Shown here in pieces: positions 59,756-64,000 of a stretch of DNA of 64,000 nucleotides. Source of the stretch: Myxococcota bacterium (lineage in GTDB: Bacteria; Myxococcota_A; SURF-8). Within the stretch, counting starts at the first letter, position 1. Each line of letters opens with the position of its first letter. A program made the position numbers and the translations under genes. The notes under the pieces are model-generated. The model was not told the origin of the DNA. It searched no databases and saw only the letters and a list, made by a program, of their open reading frames with translations. The DNA lies in assembly GCA_965140415.1 (NCBI GenBank), contig OZ223209.1, positions 1,216,001-1,280,000 of the forward strand. Direction: 5' to 3'.

Positions 59756-60709
59756 ATGAGCAAGGGACGAATCGTATATCTGGGAACGCCGCAACTGGCG
59801 GTGCCGACCTTGGAGCGCGTGGTCGAAGAAGGCTACGACGTCGTGGGTGTCGTCTGCCAGCCGGACAAGACGCGCGGGCGTGACCGCAAGAAACCGATTC
59901 CGCCGCCGGTCAAGCAGAAGGCGCTGGAACTGGGTCTGAACGTGATGCAGCCGGAGAAGGTCAAGGAAGAGGCGTTTTTAGAGGAACTGGAGGCGCTGCA
60001 GGCAGATGCCTTTCTCGTGTTTGCCTTCGGACAGATCTTGCCTCGCCGCCTGATCGACATGCCCCCGCTGGGCACCTTCAACGCGCATGCCTCGTTATTG
60101 CCCAAGCTACGCGGACCTGCGCCGATCAACTGGGCGATCATCAACGGCGATGAGCAGACTGGGATGACCATCCAGAAGGTGGTTTTCGAGTTGGATGCCG
60201 GTCCAGTCTGTCTGCATCTCCCGATCACGCTGGACCCGCGCGAAACCGCGCAAACTCTGGGTGCGCGGCTGTTACCGCTGGCTTCGGAGGGCTTTGTTAC
60301 GGTGCTAGAGCGGGCTTTCAACGGAACGCTGGAATTGATCGAACAGAATCATAACGAAAAGACCTATGCGCCGATGCTGAAAAAGGAAGACGGCTACCTG
60401 GATTTCAGCCGCTCCGCCATTGAACTGGACCGCCGCATCCGGGGGCTGACTCCCTGGCCGGGTGCGGTGACGAGTTGTGGCGAGGAATACATTAAAATCC
60501 ACGACGCCCTGCCGCTGGAAGAGCATTTCGACGCCGAGCCGGGACGACTGGTGAAAATCCGCCCCGACGGACTGGTGCTGGCCTGCGGCGAAGGATCGCT
60601 GCTGGTTCGTGAGTTGCAGCGACAGGGGAAAAAGCGTATGTGCGCCCAGGCTTATCTGTGCGGCTGCAGCATGGAACTCGGTACCTTGTTTCAAGCGCCC
60701 GCCTCATGA
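59756..60709 (+). CDS. fmt: Methionyl-tRNA formyltransferase
   Basis: YLGTP, QPDK, NAHASLLPKLRG, LDAG, PWPG; start at ATG 59756. Confidence 0.96.
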   Translation: MSKGRIVYLGTPQLAVPTLERVVEEGYDVVGVVCQPDKTRGRDRKKPIPPPVKQKALELGLNVMQPEKVKEEAFLEELEALQADAFLVFAFGQILPRRLIDMPPLGTFNAHASLLPKLRGPAPINWAIINGDEQTGMTIQKVVFELDAGPVCLHLPITLDPRETAQTLGARLLPLASEGFVTVLERAFNGTLELIEQNHNEKTYAPMLKKEDGYLDFSRSAIELDRRIRGLTPWPGAVTSCGEEYIKIHDALPLEEHFDAEPGRLVKIRPDGLVLACGEGSLLVRELQRQGKKRMCAQAYLCGCSMELGTLFQAPAS

Positions 60710-62097
60710 ACGCACGCCGCATTGCCTATAACGTATTGACCCGCGTCGAACGCGACCAGGCGTATTCCAACCTGGCGCTGATGCACGAACTGTCCCGACA
60801 ACGTCCGGCTGCGGAGAAGGAGCGGGAAACGCAGGAAGCCGACCGCCGTCTGGCGACCGAGCTGGTGTACGGCGTGTTGCGTCATCGCCGCCTGTTGGAC
60901 GTCTGGATTCGGCATCTAAGCAGTCGCCCGGATAAATCCATCGATCCGGTGGCGCGTCAGGTGCTGCGTCTGTCATTGTATCAATTACTGAAGCTGGATC
61001 GCATCCCGCAACACGCGGTGTTGAACGAAGCCGGAAGTCTGCTGCGGCAGTTGCAGCGCGGCCATGCGGTGGGTTTCGTCAATGCGCTATTGCGTCGCTG
61101 CCTGCGCGAACTCAAAGAGGAGCGCGGCCCCGAGTTTCCGCCCGATGCCGCCGGACGGCTGGCTATCGAACATTCAATTCCAAACTGGCTCGTGCAGCGT
61201 CTGCTGCAAGATCCGGAAATCCGTTGCGATGATAAGAAAAAGCAGGTCGGGCGACTGACCGAGCGGCTGGAGCGCTTCAACCGTCCCGCGCCGCTGTCGG
61301 TCTGCGTCAATACCACGCGCATGGATGTGGCGAAGCTGATCGCTTGTATCGAAGAGCAGGGTGGGGAAGCGCAGCCAGGAGAATGGTCTGCGGATGCCGT
61401 TACGGTAACGCGTGGTGGAATCGGAGTGTTATTGCCGCTATTGGAGCAGGGGCTTTGCCACGTGGCCGATGAAGCCTCGCAACTGGTGGCGCGTCTATTG
61501 GATGCCCAGCCTGAAGAACGCATTCTGGACTGCTGCGCTGCGCCGGGCGGGAAAACGCTGATGGCCGCCTCTGCCGTTGGTCCAGATGGATCGGTGCTGG
61601 CGGTGGATCTGTCCGAAGCGAAACTGAAGCTGCTATCCGAACAGGCTGCGCGCCACGGCTTTACGCACATCCAAACCTTTGCTGCCGATATGAGCCAGCC
61701 GCAACCGAGCCTGGAAGCGGGATCGTTCGACCGGGTGCTGGTCGATGCACCCTGCACCGCGCTGGGTGTCATACGCCGTCACCCGGAAATCCGCTGGCGA
61801 CGCGAAGCCAAGGACGTGCGCGGCATGGCGGCGCTGGCCCGGACCATCGCCGAGCATGCGCTGAGATACGTCAAGCCGGGTGGGGTACTGGTGTTTTCGG
61901 TTTGTACGCATACCGACGAGGAAGGTCCGCAGCAACTGCGCCACCTGCAACAACTGAGTGGTTGGAACTGTGAACGAAGCGATTCCATAGACGCCGGATT
62001 GTGGAATCGGGAAGAAAATTTGTGCTGGTTCGATACGCGCCGCGCCCCGGAGCTGGACGGCTTTTTTGCCTTCCGCCTGCGGCGACCGCAGCAATAA
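60706..62097 (+). CDS. rsmB: 16S rRNA m5C967 methyltransferase
   Basis: NusB-like N-domain, DCCAAPGGKT, VDAPC, SVCT; def-fmt-rsmB synteny. Confidence 0.95.
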   Translation: MNARRIAYNVLTRVERDQAYSNLALMHELSRQRPAAEKERETQEADRRLATELVYGVLRHRRLLDVWIRHLSSRPDKSIDPVARQVLRLSLYQLLKLDRIPQHAVLNEAGSLLRQLQRGHAVGFVNALLRRCLRELKEERGPEFPPDAAGRLAIEHSIPNWLVQRLLQDPEIRCDDKKKQVGRLTERLERFNRPAPLSVCVNTTRMDVAKLIACIEEQGGEAQPGEWSADAVTVTRGGIGVLLPLLEQGLCHVADEASQLVARLLDAQPEERILDCCAAPGGKTLMAASAVGPDGSVLAVDLSEAKLKLLSEQAARHGFTHIQTFAADMSQPQPSLEAGSFDRVLVDAPCTALGVIRRHPEIRWRREAKDVRGMAALARTIAEHALRYVKPGGVLVFSVCTHTDEEGPQQLRHLQQLSGWNCERSDSIDAGLWNREENLCWFDTRRAPELDGFFAFRLRRPQQ

Positions 62098-62153
62098 AGT
62101 AATAGATTTCATACGAATCTCCGTTGTTCATCATTCAAACGAAGGAAACGATC

Positions 62154-63917
62154 ATGCCGTATAAGTTGTTTCTAGGCTGTCTGCTGTCTCTGTTCTTGTT
62201 CGTAGCCTGTGGTTCCGACGACGATCCCGTCACTACTCCCGATGGCGATCAGGATGCCGATGTCGCCGACGGCGATCTGAGTGAAAGTGACGTCGTGGAT
62301 GGCGATGCCGTGGATGGCGACGACGACAGCATGGTGCTTGCAGACTGGGTGGTGCCGCAGGAAGAATGGTCCACCTGCCCGGCAGAAGATTATCTGGGAG
62401 GCATGACGCTGCATGAGAAGGCGGCTTATTACGACTGGATCGTGCCGAAACTGCATCAGGTTCCAACCGATGTTCCCGGTCACGAGGATTACTCGCGCGT
62501 TTTCACCGTCAACTGCGACGCACCGGTGCCGGACAGCATCGTCTCCGACGATCAGTTGCCTACCTGCACGTTTTCGCTTTCGGAGAACAACGGTTTGTGG
62601 ACCGGTTTGTATGTGGCCTCGCAGGCATTCCGTTACGCCGTCACCGGTGACGCCGATGCGCTGGCGCAACTCAAGCGCACGCTCAACGGTACCTACCAGA
62701 TGATGCAGATCACCGGCAAGGACGGCCTGTATACGCGCGACTTCCGCGATCCGTCGATTCCGCAGCAGTACTGCATCGAAGACGAAGATCGTTACGCCAG
62801 CGCCGCTACCGACAACGAACGCTACGCGCGTTACATTCCCCCGGCGGAGAACATGGTTGGCAATCAGTTCATCAAGGTGGATACGGACGGCTGCTTCAAG
62901 ACCTGGAATCCGGAGTTGAACGACGGCAACGGCGGCTGGGCCAAGGACAGCGAACACTGCACCGATCCACGCTTTGCGGGGTTCTGCTGGCAGATGAACG
63001 TCAGCAAGGATGAATACGCGGGTCATATGTTCGCGGCGGGTATCGTAGCGCGCATCGTGGACGACCCGGAAGTACGCGCCATCGCGGTGGATATTTTGCA
63101 GCAGGTAGGACATCACCTGGTGGATCACAGCTATTGGATCAACGATTACGACGGGCGTAACACGCGCTACGGCTCGGCTCACGCCATTTCGCTGGATTCG
63201 GTGCCGGGTGCAAACGCCTTATTGGCCTTGACCTGGAGCAAAATGGGCGCGGTGGTCGCCAACGATCAGGAATTGATCGACAGCTACTACGACTGCCTCC
63301 TGCAACAGTCCGGGGAACTACAGTGCATCGATCAACCCTTTGAAACACCGCAAGACTACAGAGAGCACCTTACGAACATGGGCTACATGCTGGGCTGCAA
63401 CTCCAACTACGACACCATTTCCATCGGCGAGCTGGCCTACTTCAACCTTATCTGGTACGAGCAAGACCCGGAACTGCGCAGCCTGTATCGGCAGCGTTTC
63501 CGCGAAAACACCAAAGGCCCGGATGCCAAGGGGCGCGATTTGTGGAGCGAAGCCAACCCCTTCCGCAACATGAATCTCGTCAGCCGCATGGAGACCAACG
63601 ACAACTACAATGCGGATGAAGCCAAGCAGTTGATCGAGGAAGCCGTCTGCACCTTGAAACGCTATCACACCGACAACATCCGGCGCGCTCACGACGACAC
63701 CGGCTATGAAGAGTGGTGCGTGTCGCCTCGCCACGGCAGCCTGGCGGAAGATCAGATTCCGATCAACGAGCGCTGTCCGTCGATCTTCGAATGGTGGGGC
63801 GATCCCAACCAGCGGGAAGTCTGCTCGGAAAACCTGAATTCGGCCATTCCCCCGGCGGGTTATCTCTTGCCATACTGGATGGGTCGCTACTTCGGCTTCA
63901 TCGGGGAAGAGTTGTGA
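62154..63917 (+). CDS. Hypothetical lipoprotein with DGD linker, probable helical enzyme-like domain
   Basis: Lipobox FVAC; ENNGLWTGLYVASQAFRYAVT, SKDEYAG, YLLPYWMGRY conserved-looking motifs. Confidence 0.75.
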   Translation: MPYKLFLGCLLSLFLFVACGSDDDPVTTPDGDQDADVADGDLSESDVVDGDAVDGDDDSMVLADWVVPQEEWSTCPAEDYLGGMTLHEKAAYYDWIVPKLHQVPTDVPGHEDYSRVFTVNCDAPVPDSIVSDDQLPTCTFSLSENNGLWTGLYVASQAFRYAVTGDADALAQLKRTLNGTYQMMQITGKDGLYTRDFRDPSIPQQYCIEDEDRYASAATDNERYARYIPPAENMVGNQFIKVDTDGCFKTWNPELNDGNGGWAKDSEHCTDPRFAGFCWQMNVSKDEYAGHMFAAGIVARIVDDPEVRAIAVDILQQVGHHLVDHSYWINDYDGRNTRYGSAHAISLDSVPGANALLALTWSKMGAVVANDQELIDSYYDCLLQQSGELQCIDQPFETPQDYREHLTNMGYMLGCNSNYDTISIGELAYFNLIWYEQDPELRSLYRQRFRENTKGPDAKGRDLWSEANPFRNMNLVSRMETNDNYNADEAKQLIEEAVCTLKRYHTDNIRRAHDDTGYEEWCVSPRHGSLAEDQIPINERCPSIFEWWGDPNQREVCSENLNSAIPPAGYLLPYWMGRYFGFIGEEL

Positions 63918-63966
63918 GTTGATCGGTTCGAGTGTATTTCTGCGGGCTTACGCCTCGCCGCCTAAC

Positions 63967-63995
63967 GTTGGAGCATGTCTCCCGACATGCTTCAA
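63967..63995. repeat. REP-like palindrome (inverted relative of 41234-41262)
   Basis: GTTGGAGCATGTCTCCCGACATGCTTCAA vs GTAGAGCATGTCGGAAGACATGTTCCAAC. Confidence 0.7.
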
Positions 63996-64000
63996 AAGTT

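Overview
Chromosomal window (mostly GC-rich) from a bacterium whose gene content (PEGA protein, extra DnaK/J-domain pair, sigma-54 activator, LpoA-like TPR protein, selABC) suggests Myxococcota or a related deltaproteobacterial lineage; the taxonomy is inference. Most of it is housekeeping: tmRNA, split transketolase, lipB, Ktr K+ uptake, rpmH-rnpA-yidD-yidC, tRNA-Arg(UCU), ctpA, radA, selC-selA-selB, cutA, DinG/YoaA, panD, def-fmt-rsmB. Accessory genes are interspersed: an MNT-HEPN toxin-antitoxin pair, a DUF1566 protein, an orphan adenine MTase, a radical-SAM/MTase fusion and an AT-rich SIR2 gene. GTAG/GTTG-type REP-like palindromes are scattered through the intergenic DNA. The strongest signals the gene list does not explain are: (1) a perfect sigma-54 promoter, divergent from an NtrC-family activator, that points into an ORF-free ~230-nt unit of alternating C-rich-loop and UGUAGUA hairpins ending in a terminator (candidate new sRNA); (2) a DUF1566 gene whose last ~115 nt look like a DGR variable region with no RT or TR in the window; (3) a 42-bp direct repeat that makes the HEPN toxin and KtrA end in the same DPPKE* peptide; (4) a pan-motif-like leader upstream of panD. 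All calls are by eye; no searches were run.
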